DNA of 64,000 bases from Octopus sinensis (GCF_006345805.1 NW_021835083.1:531-64530); one strand, 5' to 3'. Counted from the stretch's first letter, positions 42,576-56,103 are shown. Notes: generated from the letters alone by a model not told the origin. A program made the numbers and translations.

Positions 42576-43039
42576 AAAAAGCAATGAAAATAATATCAAG
42601 CGAACATGTATTATGTTATTATAAATTGGTTTTTCTTTCTTTTCTTGTGGATCTTATTGTATTTTCTCAGAGACAATATTTCGCAACGTTATGAAAGAAT
42701 TATGAGACGCTACGTGGTTCAGGCCTTTAAGGAAGCGAGGCGGAAGTTATACGGCGATTTGTATATCATAACAATTTCATATACGGAACTCGTAGCTTGC
42801 GTAACAATGGCGTCCTCTCCAGTTTCATAACACATTATACCACAAGATTTGAGTTAAACCATGGTGTCTGATACTTCCAAAAGCTGCCAATCAACGAAGA
42901 TGTAAATGTGATATAATACTTCACTGGTTCTCTATAAGATGTTTCTTATGTATTTAAGATGTGATTTTTGCGTCTGATAAGCAACTAATCAACTATTACA
43001 ATGATATTGTATGTCATTGTATGTTTCTTGTATACGGCC

Positions 43040-43180
43040 ATTTGTGTGTGTATGTGTGTGTGTGTGTGTGTGTGGTGTGTGTGTGTGTGTCTGTGTGTCT
43101 GTGTCTGTGTCTGTGTGTGTGTGTCTGTGTGTCTGTGTGTCTGTGTATGTGTGTCTGTATCTGTGTGTGTGTGTGTTTGT
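43040..43180. repeat. (GT)/(GTCT) microsatellite
   Basis: Direct reading. Confidence 0.9.
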
Positions 43181-43959
43181 GGTTTTATTAGAAAAATGAA
43201 AGTGATTGATGAATTTATAAAGATTGATTGAAACATTGTGTAACATAAGTTGGAAGGAAACTAAGATAAAATGAAAGAAATATCGAGAGTTGAGGGAACA
43301 GAAAGAGAAGAAATGTAATACGAGGAGGCAGAGACAGACAGACAGACAGATAGAGAGAGAAAGAGAAGTGGGGAAGTGACATACCGTGAAGCAAAGAAGT
43401 TTGATGAGGAAAATATAAGTAAAAAATTAGTTGAGTGGGAAAGTGAAAGACAAGTACAATAATAAACGTTGCTGCTCTTTCCGTTATTTCAAAAATTATT
43501 GCCAGTAATACATATGTGAAGTAACGTTTTCAACTACTTCGAACTGGTTAACTCTTACATACACCCCGGATCGCCAGGAATGACTAAACTAACAGCAAAT
43601 TAAAATGGTAATAATTTTAATAAACAGCCCGTGTTTACTTATATATATTTCCACAAATATAACAGAAATCACAAAGAAATCGTAATATGTATGGTATGGT
43701 TTTACTTAGACAAACAGTGAAACTAATTTCACTGACAATTAAGCAAAACAGAACGGTAGCTCTTATAATGTCGACAATATCAGAATAAAAATATTTAGAT
43801 AGCAGGTAGATCGTGTCACGAGAAAGAAGACTGTGGTTGTTTAGACCTAGTTCAGATATGAACAAACATTGTCCATACTTAATCCATCACCCATTTTCAA
43901 AGCCACACATAGTTTTTGGGGTGCTTTTGATCGTGTTTAGTCTGAAACTATTGAGGCCA

Positions 43960-44630
43960 AGTTCTCAATGACAAGATAGAATGCTTCCTTTTCAACTAGT
44001 CTTGGCGGTTTTAAAAATAAGCGTAATGAATACCGTTCTTCCTTCTCTGATCCTAAGAAGCAATTTAAATACAATGAATGATAACAGCATAAATGAAAGA
44101 AAAAAGATAAGATTTGTAAAAAAAAGTCTAGAGATGTTACCAAGTTGTTATCAAAAGCATATTCCAAGGTATTCTCACTCTTTATTTGTCAGCATCTTTA
44201 ATCAACCCACTAAAAGGACGAAGAAACGAATATAGTATGCGATAAGAAATAGTGATCCTGCATGCAAGTCACAATAATATGTGACCTGCAGATGACTAAC
44301 AAGTATTTAATGAGAAAGCTAGTATGAAAATTTGGTTTAGATATATTCGCCAAAACTATTGAAAAGAACAAATGAAAAACTAATACCAATTCCGTTAAAG
44401 AAACTGAGATAAGAGAATTAGACCAAACACAGACTTACAAATGTTTAAGAATTAATGAACTCGCCAAAGCAAAACAGAGAAAATGGAAAGAAAAAATACA
44501 TTTTAGAAAAGATTATTGATAGATTGTATAAGATAAATATTTAAACTGAGTTAAATGCCAAAAACAAGATAATTCCTATCAATACTTGAGCTGTTTCACT
44601 AATAAGTTGGAGTTATATTATTCTTCATTG
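43960..44630 (+). mobile_element. R4/Dong-like RT fragment, highly degenerate
   Basis: IFQG; KFGLD; EIRELDQTQTYKC; KTELNAKNKIIPINT*AV motifs in the expected order. Confidence 0.55.
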
Positions 44631-44756
44631 AAAAACGTTAAGTGAATTATTTTGAGCGAGATAAGGAGCGAGGAAAATAATGGTTTTTGATTTAGGCACA
44701 AGGTTGGAAACCGTGAAGGGAAGGTATTCGCTGATATCATCGATCACGCTCATTGG

Positions 44757-44875
44757 CTGGTACTGCTGCTAATTTTTTTATCGACCCCGAAAGGATGAAA
44801 GGCAATTTTGACTTGATGAAAGGCAATTTTGAATTCAATATGCAAAAAGACAAAAGTACTGCAAGGAATATGTGT
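44757..44875 (-). mobile_element. SINE family B core fragment
   Basis: TATCGACCCCGAAAGGATGAAAGGCAA with a small local duplication. Confidence 0.7.
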
Positions 44876-45024
44876 ACGTGTGTGTTCGCGCGCGCGCGTG
44901 TATATCTAGGTATGTGCATTGTGAACGAGATTGTGTGTGTTTGTGTGGGTGTGTGTGCGGGCGCCTGCGTGACTGCGTGCGTGTGTACACATCCATATTC
45001 ACACAGAACCCCGAAAATGCAAGA

Positions 45025-46336
45025 TCAGCATTGGGAATATTGGAAATGGATAAATTGATGGAGAAAGAAATGAAGGAAAATTTAAGGTGGAGTATTTACG
45101 CAGACTGTGACTGATCCTTAAGTCGAAATTAAACGGACGGAATAAAATTGAAGCTATCAACACCTGGGTGGTTTCATTGGTTAGATATGGAGTAGGGGTA
45201 ACCGCACGGACAGTAGACGAACTAAACAGCTAAAATAGAAAGTCAAGGAAGTTGCTGACTAGATATGGGATACTCCACCCAAAAAGTGACAGAGACAGCC
45301 TGTATGTGCCATGAAAAAGAGGGGGAAGAGGACTGATTGGCTGTGAACACTGCATTAGAGCAGAGGAAACAATGTAGATTGGTATGTAAAAAATGCTACA
45401 GAACTGCTATTATTGGAAGTAAGAAGGTCAGGGTTGTGTAGGGTGGAAGATAGCAAAGATAAAGCACTGTACAAGGATTTGAGAATGAATGAAAATGAAA
45501 ACAGGTGGATAGAGAAAAAATACATGGACAATTTCGTAGGGATGTTCAAAATAAAACAGAGAAAAAAGATGACCAAAGGTGACTAAAAGTGATTTAAAAC
45601 CGGAAGCGGAGGCTCTAATCTGTGCTGCCCAAGAACAAGCATTAAAAACGAATTACATCAAATACAAAATAGAAAATACATCAGAAAGTGGTAAGTGTAG
45701 AATTTGTGGACAAAATGGTGAAACCGTATGGCATACACCAGTCAGTGTACGTCACTAACCCAGAAAGAATATAAGAGACGTCATGCCAATATATCAATGA
45801 TTGTCCACTGGACACTTTGCAACAAGTATGGACTTGACAGATCAAAAAGTGGTACGAACATAACCCGAAGGCATCATCGAAAATGATAATGCAAAGATCC
45901 TATGGGATTTTCTGATTCAGTGCGACCATGAGATAGAGAATAGGAAGCAAGACAGTGTTAATTGAGAAAGAAAGCAATTGATGCTGGATCATAGATATAG
46001 CATGCCCAGCTGACTACAAGGAATGCGATAAGGAAGAAAGAAAAGTCAATAGATGTGACAGGTTAGTGTAGGAAGTTAAAGGGTTGTGGTCGATGAAAAA
46101 GATGGTAGTAGTACCAATAATTGTTGAAGCCCTGCGACCAGTGAGTAAAATCTTCAGAAGTATATGGAATAAATAGGGGCTGCAATAAGGGTGGAGCACT
46201 TGCAGAAAACAGCACTGCTTGGAACCGATCGAGTACTCTGGATGGTGCTCGAAAAATAAGAGGTGTTACCTTAGTTCACTTGTAGTGAACAGCTGACACC
46301 ATAATATATCTTCAGCGTTAGAAGCTGTGCAAAGAC
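45025..46336 (+). mobile_element. 5'-truncated R4/Dong-like retrotransposon with 3' UTR and (TAA)n tail, pseudogenised
   Basis: SKLNGRNKIEAINTW; LHPKSDRDSLYVP*KRGGRGL; CRICG..H..C..YKRRH; LWDF.IQCDHEI..; EHLQKTALLG; stop 46257-46259; (TAA)n from 46337. Confidence 0.85.
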
Positions 46337-46490
<154 letters not shown>

Positions 46491-46702
46491 GTTTTCAAAT
46501 TTTGCCAGAAGAACACCAATTTTGGAAGAAGGGATGACTCGATAACATCGACTCCAGTGCACAACTGGTATTTATTTTATCGACCCTGAACGGATGAAAG
46601 GCAATGTCGGCCTCGGTAGAATTGGAGCACAGAATGTAGAAACAGGCAAAATGCTCAGCAGCATTTTGGCCGGCGTGCTAACGATTCTTCCTGCTCGCCG
46701 CC
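46491..46702 (-). mobile_element. tRNA-derived SINE family B
   Basis: Reverse complement GGCGGCGAGCAGGAAGAATCGTTAGCACGCCGG..GCCTTTCATCCGTTCAGGGTCGATAAAA..; (TTA)n tail on its own strand. Confidence 0.85.
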
Positions 46703-46742
46703 TTCAATAATAATATTAATAATAATAATGATAATAATAATA

Positions 46743-46789
<47 letters not shown>

Positions 46790-46807
46790 GTAATAATAAT
46801 AATAATT

Positions 46808-47362
46808 GGTATAAAAGATGGGCTTTGCTTTGTCTTGGTATAAAAGATGGGCTTGTTTTGTCTTGGTATAAAAGATGGGCTTGTTTTGTCTTGGTACAAA
46901 AGATGGGCTACAGCAAATATTCTGCTCAATACCATAGATTTGCTTGTCAGTTGTTTGACCTTAACCAGTTGAGCATATCCCTTAGTGGCTGACGATATGT
47001 GCATCTCTGATCACGAGCAGAAGTAGTGGGGGAGCATCATAGCCATGTGTTGAGAGGGATTATTTGGGGTTTGAATAATTCACCTCTGGAAACATGGGTG
47101 GTTCTTTCAACATCCTTAAACAACCCTTATTCAGGGACCTTTTGAGCGGGATGGGCTACTCAACCTAAAGAAAATTCTAACTGGGCCCCACCTGCAAGGT
47201 CATGTGCTGTTTATCTTGATATGAGATCACCATGTCGCGCACATATGGTTGTGATGCATGTGCCTGATGTACCCTTATCAGACGGGTTGTCATGATGGGT
47301 ATACTGGGCTTCGTATATTTTACCCTAGTGTCACTTTGATGGCATGCACTGCTCTCTCACTC
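46808..47362 (+). mobile_element. Unclassified ~555-bp element, copy 2 (5'-truncated, 28-bp unit amplified at the 5' end)
   Basis: Homologous to 5691-6247; same 3' end CTGCTCTCTCACTC(AAT)n. Confidence 0.85.
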
Positions 47363-47648
47363 AATAATAATAATAATAATAATAATAATGATGGTGATGA
47401 TGATGATGATAATGATGATGACGACGACGACGACAACAACAACAACAACAACAACGACGACAACGACGACGACGAAGACGATGACGATGACGATGATGAT
47501 GACGATGATGACGATGATGACGATGATGACGATGATGACGATGACGACGATGATAACGATGATGACGATGACGACGATGATGATGATGATGACGACGACG
47601 ACGACAACGATGATGATGATGATGATGATGATGATGGTGATGATGATA
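47363..47648. repeat. Compound TAA/TGA/CGA/CAA repeat
   Basis: Direct reading. Confidence 0.95.
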
Positions 47649-48203
47649 AATGCTCTGATACAGTACCAGTCAGTGGCTCTCATGGCTTCTGATCTTAACT
47701 GATTGGAAGTGTTATCATGTACATTGTTTTGTCTTGGTATAAAAGATGGGCTACAGCAAATATTCTGTTCAATACTACAGATTTGCTTGTCAGTTGTTTG
47801 ATCTTAACCAGTTGATCATGTCTCTTAGTGGCTGACGATATGTGCATCTCTGATCATGAGCAGAAGTAGTGGGGGTGTATCATAGCCATGTGTTGAGAGG
47901 GTTTCCTTCCTGTTTAAATAATTCACCTCTGGAAACATGGGTGTTTCGTTCAACATCCTTAAACAATCCTTATTCAGGGACCCTGTAAGCAGGATGGCCT
48001 ACTCGACCAGAAGAAAATTCTAACTGGGCCCCACCTGCAAGGTCATGTGCTGTTTATCTTGATATGAGATCACCATGTCGCGCACATATGGTTGTGATGC
48101 ATGTGCCTGGTGTACCTTTATCAGACGGGTAGTTATGATGGGTATATTGGGCTTCGTATATTTTACCCCAGTGTCACTTTGATGGCATGAACTGCTCTCT
48201 CAC
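47649..48203 (+). mobile_element. Unclassified ~555-bp element, copy 3 (full length)
   Basis: AATGCTCTGATACAGTACC..CTGCTCTCTCAC then (TAA)n. Confidence 0.85.
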
Positions 48204-48226
48204 ATAATAATAATAATATAATAATA

Positions 48227-48260
<34 letters not shown>

Positions 48261-48261
<1 letters not shown>

Positions 48262-48706
48262 TGCCGATACACACAGATAGAGAAATTAAGGCCAACAGAC
48301 CAGATATAGTTGTCAGAGATCATGAAGGAAAAAAATGCTTTCTAATTGATGTATCAATACCGGCAGATGACAACGTGTCTCTAAAAGAAATGGAGAAACT
48401 CTCAAAATACAAAGACCTGGAAATAGAGGTAACTAGAATGTGGAACCTGAAAACAGAAACAATTCCTATCATAGTAGGCGCATTAGGCATGATAAAAAAA
48501 TATTCAGACAAATACATAACAAAAACACCAGGACTTACAACACATATAACATACAGAAAATTGCACTACTAGGCACTGCACCATCCTACGCAGAACACTT
48601 TCCATACAATAACCATCAGAGCATCACAACAAATCACAGCACATACCCAAGGCACACAGAGCTGCGCTCGGTAGTGAAGTGAAAGCACGCTATAAAAATA
48701 AAACTA

Positions 48707-48710
<4 letters not shown>
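48261..48710 (+). mobile_element. 5'-truncated R4/Dong-like element (RLE plus 3' UTR) flanked on both sides by (TAA)n
   Basis: MPIHTDREIKANRPDIVVRD..CFLIDVSIPADDNVSLKEMEKLSKYKDLEIEVTRMWNLKTETIPIIVGALG (PD..D..EK nuclease pattern); ends AAAACTACTGA(ATA)n. Confidence 0.9.
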
Positions 48711-48760
<50 letters not shown>

Positions 48761-48989
48761 CCTAAGCAAATATATTTTCCCCAACACTACCATCCTATAC
48801 ACACGCACTTACACACGTGCACTACCAACCTTCCCTTCATCACAACTTCTACGTCCTTTTCTACCCCAATTATTCCACCCAACTATTTCCATAGAACTCA
48901 AAAGAGATTAGAGGTAATCCATAACCTATTTAGCGGACAACGTAAATAAGAGAAAATGATGCTTGGCGCTTAACATATTTTGGCCAAAA

Positions 48990-49915
<926 letters not shown>

Positions 49916-49989
49916 TATCTTTGTCAATCTATCTAAACATCTCAATCACAGTCTCTACCAGTTGATGTCCCTCTTTCAATTATCGAGTC

Positions 49990-50405
49990 TCTCTTTTACT
50001 CTCTTTTACTCTCTTTTACTTGTTTTAGTCATTTGACTGTGGCCATGCTGGAGCACCACCTTTAGTTGAGCAAATCGACCCCAGGACTTATTCTTTGTAA
50101 GTCCAGTACTTATTCTATCGGTCTCTTTTGCCGAACCGCTAAGTGACGGGGACGTAAACACACCAGCATCGGTTGTCAAGCAATGCTAGGGGGACAAACA
50201 CAGACACACAAACACACACACACACACACATATATAAATATATACATATATACGACAGGCTTCTTTCAGTTTCCGTCTACCAAATCCACTCACAAGGCAT
50301 TGGTCGGCCCGGGACTATAGCAGAAGACACTTGCCCAAGATGCCACACAGTGGGACTGAACCTGGAACCATGTGGTTGGTTAGCAAGCTACTTACCACAC
50401 AGCCC
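49990..50405 (-). mobile_element. tRNA-derived SINE family A, full length
   Basis: (CTCTTTTACT)x3 tail; body and head homologous to 16000-16468. Confidence 0.9.
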
Positions 50406-50633
50406 CACTATTTCTCTTTCTCTTTCTTGTCCACTCTCTCTTTCTCTCTTCCCCATTCTTTCTCCATCCCTGCCTATCTCTACCCCATCTCCAATTCTTA
50501 CACTCACTTCATCCCTCCTACTCACTCTCCGTATTACTCTGTCTCTACCTGTCTTTTTGTCCATCTCTCCTCTCTCTTTCCAACTTTCTTCCCTAACTCC
50601 CGCTCCTTGTCAATTTCTCCCCATCTCTCTTAT

Positions 50634-50675
<42 letters not shown>

Positions 50676-51384
50676 CCTATCTCACTCTCTAACCCCATTT
50701 CCAAATGTTATCTCGCCGTTTCCCTCTGTTTTCACCACTTCCCCTTTCTCTTGCTCTATGACCATCTCCTTTCTTTCTATTTACTTCTTCCCATTTTTCC
50801 CTCTCTATCTATGTCTCTTTTTCTCTCCCTTTCCCTCCAACTAGATATATTAGATTTCCCATGAGTCGTTAAATCTTTACGCCATTCTAAGTATTACTTC
50901 CCATAATACCATACGTGAGAGATAATCCAGTTAATCCTGTTGCTTTCTATATATGTCTGCTTCTGTCCTTGCTGTGCCACGTTCGATGCCTTATGGCTCC
51001 TCAAGGGATCCAGGGACTGAGGGCGCTAGCTGTGAGTCTACGCATTCATTTCGATTAATATCCATTTCTGGTGTGTAACGTAGTTAGTACAATGTGCGCA
51101 TGTATCAGTGAGTGTGACTGTATTTGTATGTGTGCGAGTATATGTACGATCTCTGCTTGTTTGAAAACGCAACAGAGAGAGACAGACATACAGACAGAGA
51201 CAAATAAATAGAGAGACAGAGAGGATAAGCAAGAGAGAAAACAACTGGGAGAAAAAGTCAACACGTTACGGTCTACACTTGTTACCCATGAGTTACGTAC
51301 GTGTACATTCATGCCTTCATATGCACATGCGCACCTGCACAGTCACCGACTTCCACACAAGCACAAAGAAAACGCATATCTATC

Positions 51385-51465
<81 letters not shown>

Positions 51466-52127
51466 GTCTATCTACACACACACATACACACACACATATA
51501 GGAAATTAGTTGTTATAGTCCGTGATAGAATGACCATTAGTTTCGCACCTCCAAAGCGCTTAGTCGTATAGGTGAGCCGTCAGACACAAATGGCCGAAGA
51601 TACATAACCTCTCCACATAACCTCTCAAGGAAGAAATACATCACGGTCAGTTATTTTTGTTTGTCCTTGCGGGAGGCGTTGCATACGGAACGGGGGACGT
51701 ACATACATACATACATACATACATACATACATACATACATACATACATACATACTTACATGCATACATACATACAAATATATGTACAAACAATGGCAGCT
51801 GTCAACTTATAGACGTGTACGACCACAAGTGGCAATCTTATTCTGTATGTTAACAACAATGGCTATTAGCAATGCCCGTACTGAAAGCTGAACTCAAACG
51901 ACAGCGTTAACAACACTTCAAAGACTCTTACCTGCAAAGCCAAGTAATCCAGGAACAAGCAAGTGCAAGACCTACGGCTTCGCAATGCGGCAGACATTGT
52001 TTCAGAAGTTTCGTCTCTTGGAGAGGTGTCCAAGCAGAAACTAGCGATCTCACACTGCCATCTGTTGGACTACCGTTGACTTTTCTACTTCAACCGTCCT
52101 TTGATGACATGCGCTGTTCTCTCACAC

Positions 52128-52186
<59 letters not shown>

Positions 52187-52246
52187 TCATAATAATAATA
52201 ATAATAAAAAATAGTAATAATAAAAAAAATTTTTTTTAAAAAGAAG

Positions 52247-52456
52247 AAAAAATATTCAGACAAATACATAACAAAAACACCAGGACTTACAAACACATAT
52301 AACATACAGAAAATTGCACTACTAGGCACTGCACACATCCTACGCAGAACACTTTCCATACAATAACCATCACAACAAATCACAGCACATACCCAAGGCA
52401 CACAGAGCTGCGCTCGGTAGTGAAGTGAAAGCACGCTATAAAAATAAAACTACTGA
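52247..52456 (+). mobile_element. Short 5'-truncated R4/Dong-like 3' end flanked by (TAA)n
   Basis: Nearly identical to 48497-48710 apart from a few small indels; same terminus AAAACTACTGA(ATA)n. Confidence 0.9.
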
Positions 52457-52488
52457 ATAATAATAATAATGATAATAATAATAATAAT

Positions 52489-52538
<50 letters not shown>

Positions 52539-52580
52539 TAATAATAATAATAATAACAATAATAATAATAGTAATAATAA

Positions 52581-53075
52581 TCCTTTCTACTCTAGGCACA
52601 AGGCCTGAAATTTGGTGGGAGAGAGCCAGTCGATTAGATCGACACCAGTACGCAACTGGTACTTAATTTATCGACCCCGAAAGGATGAAAGACAAAGTCG
52701 ACCTCGGCGGAGTTTGAACTCAGAACGTAGCGGCAGACGAAATACCTATTTCTTTACTACCCACAAGTGGCTAAACACAGAGAGGACAAGCAAGGACAGA
52801 CAAACGGATTAAGTCGATTAGATCGACCCCAGTACGTAACTGGTACTTATTTAATCGTCCCCGAAAGGATGAAAGACAAGTCGACCTCGGCAGAATTTGA
52901 ACTCAGAACGTAGCGGCAGACGAAATACCTATTTCTTTACTACCCACAAGTGGCTAAACACAGAGAGGACAAACAAGGACAGACAAACGGATTAAGTCGA
53001 TTAGATCGACCCCAGTACGTAACTGGTACTTATTTAATCGTCCCCGAAAGGATGAAAGGCAATGTCGACCTCGGC
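52581..53075 (-). mobile_element. Tandem array of three head-less SINE B units
   Basis: Units 52581-52746, 52747-52929 (183 bp) and 52930-53075; junction GAAATACC|TATTTCTTTAC; units 2 and 3 near identical. Confidence 0.9.
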
Positions 53076-53439
53076 TAACCATTCTGGAAGCTCGCCGTCT
53101 TATTAGTTGCATATGAGAATTACGTGATTCTAGGACGATTATAACTGGGTCTCCTACAAAAAGTCTCAAAAGTTCTGGAATTCACCGCGTAAGTCTATTT
53201 GTGAGTGAGTATGTGTGTTTGCATTTGTAGTAAGTGTGTGTATGTGATAGCGGTGTGTATGTTTGTGATCGACAGAATGTGTAAACGTGAGAGGAAGAGA
53301 TAGAGTGAGGGGAAAGGATAAGAACAAAGGAATGAACGGCAATAAAGAACGCTTATAAATATAAAGTGACTGTGGTTATCGATTATGTGAATGAGGGATT
53401 GTGTTTGAGTGCGTGAGGGAGGGAGGGAGGGGGAGGAGG

Positions 53440-53870
53440 GAGGGGTGAAGGGGAAGGTGGAAGGTTGGCGAGAAAGAGGGAGAAGGAAGGAGAGAGAAAG
53501 AGGAAGGAGTAGAAAGAGGGAGGGATGCGGGAGGGGTGAATGTGAAGGTGGAAGGTAGGCGAGAAAGAGGGAGAATGAAGGAGAGAGAAAGAGGAAGGAG
53601 TAGAAAGATAGAGGGACGGGAGAGGGGTGAATGGGAAGGTGGAAGGTTGGCGAGAAAGAGTGAGAAGGAAGGAGAGAGAAAGAGGAAGGAGTAGAAAGAG
53701 GGAGGGATGGGGGAGGGGTGAATGGGAAGGTGGAAGGTTGGCGAGAAAGAGGGAGAAGGAAGGAGAGAGAAAGAGGAAGGAGTAGAAAGAGGGAGGGAGG
53801 GGAGATGGGTGAATGGGAAGGTGGAAGGTTGGCGAGAAAGAGGGAGAAGGAAGGAGAGAGAAAGAGGGAT
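53440..53870. repeat. 91-bp purine-rich minisatellite, ~4.7 copies
   Basis: GAAGGT anchor at 53453, 53544, 53635, 53726, 53817. Confidence 0.9.
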
Positions 53871-54019
53871 GGGAGAGAGAGTGAGAGAGAGAGAGAGAGG
53901 GTGCATGACAAAGTTGAGAAGAATTTGAAAGAAATAACCAAGATAAAAGACAATAGCAGCAACAACATGAATGACGTAGATGTGTAGAAAAATAAAATAA
54001 AAAATCAAAGAGGAAGTGG

Positions 54020-54572
54020 AGAGGAGAAGAGGATAAAGGAGGGGAAGGAAAAGAAAGAAGAGAACAAGGAAAGAAAAGAAGAGGGGAGGATAAAAGAGGG
54101 GAAGGAAAAGAAAGACGAGAACAAGGAAAGAAAAGAAGACGGGAGGATAAAAGAGGGGAAGGAAAAGAAAGAAGAGAACAAGGAAAGAAAAGAAGAGGGG
54201 AGGATAAAAGAGGGGAAGGAAAAGAAAGAAGAGAACAAGGAAAGAAAAGAAGAGGGGAGGATAAAAGAGGGGAAGGAAAAGAAAGAAGAGAACAAGGAAA
54301 GAAAAGAAGAGGGGAGGATAAAAGAGGGGAAGGAAAAGAAAGAAGAGAACAAGGAAAGAAAAGAAGAGGGGAGGATAAAAGAGGGGAAGGAAAAGAAAGA
54401 AGAGAACAAGGAAAGAAAGGAAGAGGGGAGGATAAAAGAGGGAAGGAAAAGAAAGAAGAGAGCAAGGAAGAAAGAAGAGGGGAGGATAAAAGAGGGGAAG
54501 GAAAAGAAAGAAGAGAGCAAGGAAAGAAAGGAAGAGGGAAGGATAAAAGAGGGGAAGGAAAAGAAAGAAAAG
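54020..54572. repeat. 57-bp purine minisatellite, ~10 copies
   Basis: GGATAAA anchor at 54031, 54088, 54145 ... 54541. Confidence 0.9.
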
Positions 54573-54639
54573 AAAAACAACAATGAAAAAATACGACGAT
54601 CGCAACGAAACAGCAGACAGGAGGTGTTGGTGGTGGAGG

Positions 54640-55322
54640 AGGAGGAGGAAAGAAAGAAAGAAGACGGAAAGAAAGAAGACGGAAAGAAAGAAAGAAGATG
54701 GAAAGAAAGAAGACGGAAAGAAAGAAAGAAAGACAGAAAGAAAGAGAGAAAGAAAGTAAGAAGGAAGGAAAAAAAGAAAAAAGAAAGAAAGAAAGAAAGA
54801 AAGAAAGAAATAAAGAAAGAAAGTAATACAGGAAGAGAGAAAGAAAGAAAGACGGGAAGAAAGAAAGAAAGAAAGAAAGACGGGAAGAAAGAGAGAAAGA
54901 AAGAAAGACGGAAAGAAAGAAAGAAAGGAAGACAGAAAAAAGAGGTAACGAAAGAAAAGAAAAGAAAGAAAGAAAGAAAGAAAAGACAAATACGGAAAGA
55001 GAGAAAGAAGACAGAAAGAAAGAAGAGAAAGAAAGTAAGAAGGAAGGAATGAAGAAAGAAAGAAACGAAGAAGAAAGAAAGACAGAAAGAAAAGATAGAA
55101 AACGGAAGAAAAGAAAGAAAGGAAGAAAGAAAGAAAGAAAAGAGAAAAAGAAAGAAAGAGAGAAAGAAAGTAAGTAAGAAGGAAGGAAGGAAGGAAGGAA
55201 GGAAGGAAAGAAAGAAAAAAAGGAAGAAAGAGAGAAAAGAAAGAAAGACGGAAAGAAAGAGAGAAAGAAAGAAAGACGGAAAGAAAGAACGAAAGACGGA
55301 AAGAAAGAAAGAAAGAAAGAAA

Positions 55323-55370
<48 letters not shown>

Positions 55371-55465
55371 AAAAAAGAAGGAAATACGGAAAGAAAAGAA
55401 AAGAAAAGAAAGAGAAAAAGGAAAAAAGAAAGGAAGAAAAAAGAGACAGAGAAAGAAAGATTGAA
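54640..55465. repeat. Degenerate (GAAA)n tract
   Basis: Direct reading; source of the spurious 738-aa and 487-aa Phe/Leu/Ser ORFs. Confidence 0.9.
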
Positions 55466-55835
55466 CAAAGATATTGTGTAATTTATTCCTGCAATGTTTT
55501 GAAGAACTCATTAAAGACATTTTTACCAATGTCGTATTTTCTTTCACCAATTTCTGTCTCGGCCATTTCACTGGAGATTTTAATCTTTTCAAATCTGTCT
55601 GTCTGGAACTGTCAATATTTAATGTCAGATTCTACAAAAGTGCAAAATGCATGATTTTTAAAAATCGAGACTGAAAAATATTCTATATTCAGACACGTCC
55701 CTATAGGCGGAAAAAATAAAATTATGAATAAAGAAATATTATCATGTTCTGAATAGAGTATGTTGAGTGTGTGTGTGTGTGTGTGTGTGTGTGCATGCGC
55801 GTGATTGTGCATGAGTGCGTGCATGTGCGTATGTG

Positions 55836-55866
<31 letters not shown>

Positions 55867-56103
55867 TTGCATGTGCGTGGAGACGTCTATGGAGACGGCT
55901 AGCTAAGTGAAGGTAAAAATTACGTTACCACATACTGCTGGAAAGAGGGATTGAAACATTACTCTTTAAGGACTGCAAAGCGAACTGTTAGGAATTTGGC
56001 AAAACGCTTGTGTATGTTTGTGTGGGGGGGAGTCGTGTGAGTGTGTGTGCGCGCGCGCGTGCGAGTGTGTGTGTGCGCGCGTGCGAGTGTGTGTGTGTAT
56101 GTA

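Noticed and set aside
46985-47110. CTGACGA and GAAAC within the 555-bp element as a hammerhead core
   Set aside because: Motifs ~100 nt apart without the required stems; CTGACGA not conserved in copy 1
54020-54572. Regular 57-bp periodicity suggestive of a CRISPR array
   Set aside because: Units repeat in full with no unique spacers; eukaryotic context and no cas genes
53376-55592. 738-aa and 487-aa Phe/Leu/Ser-rich ORFs resembling membrane proteins
   Set aside because: Reverse-strand translations of purine mini- and microsatellites that lack stops by composition
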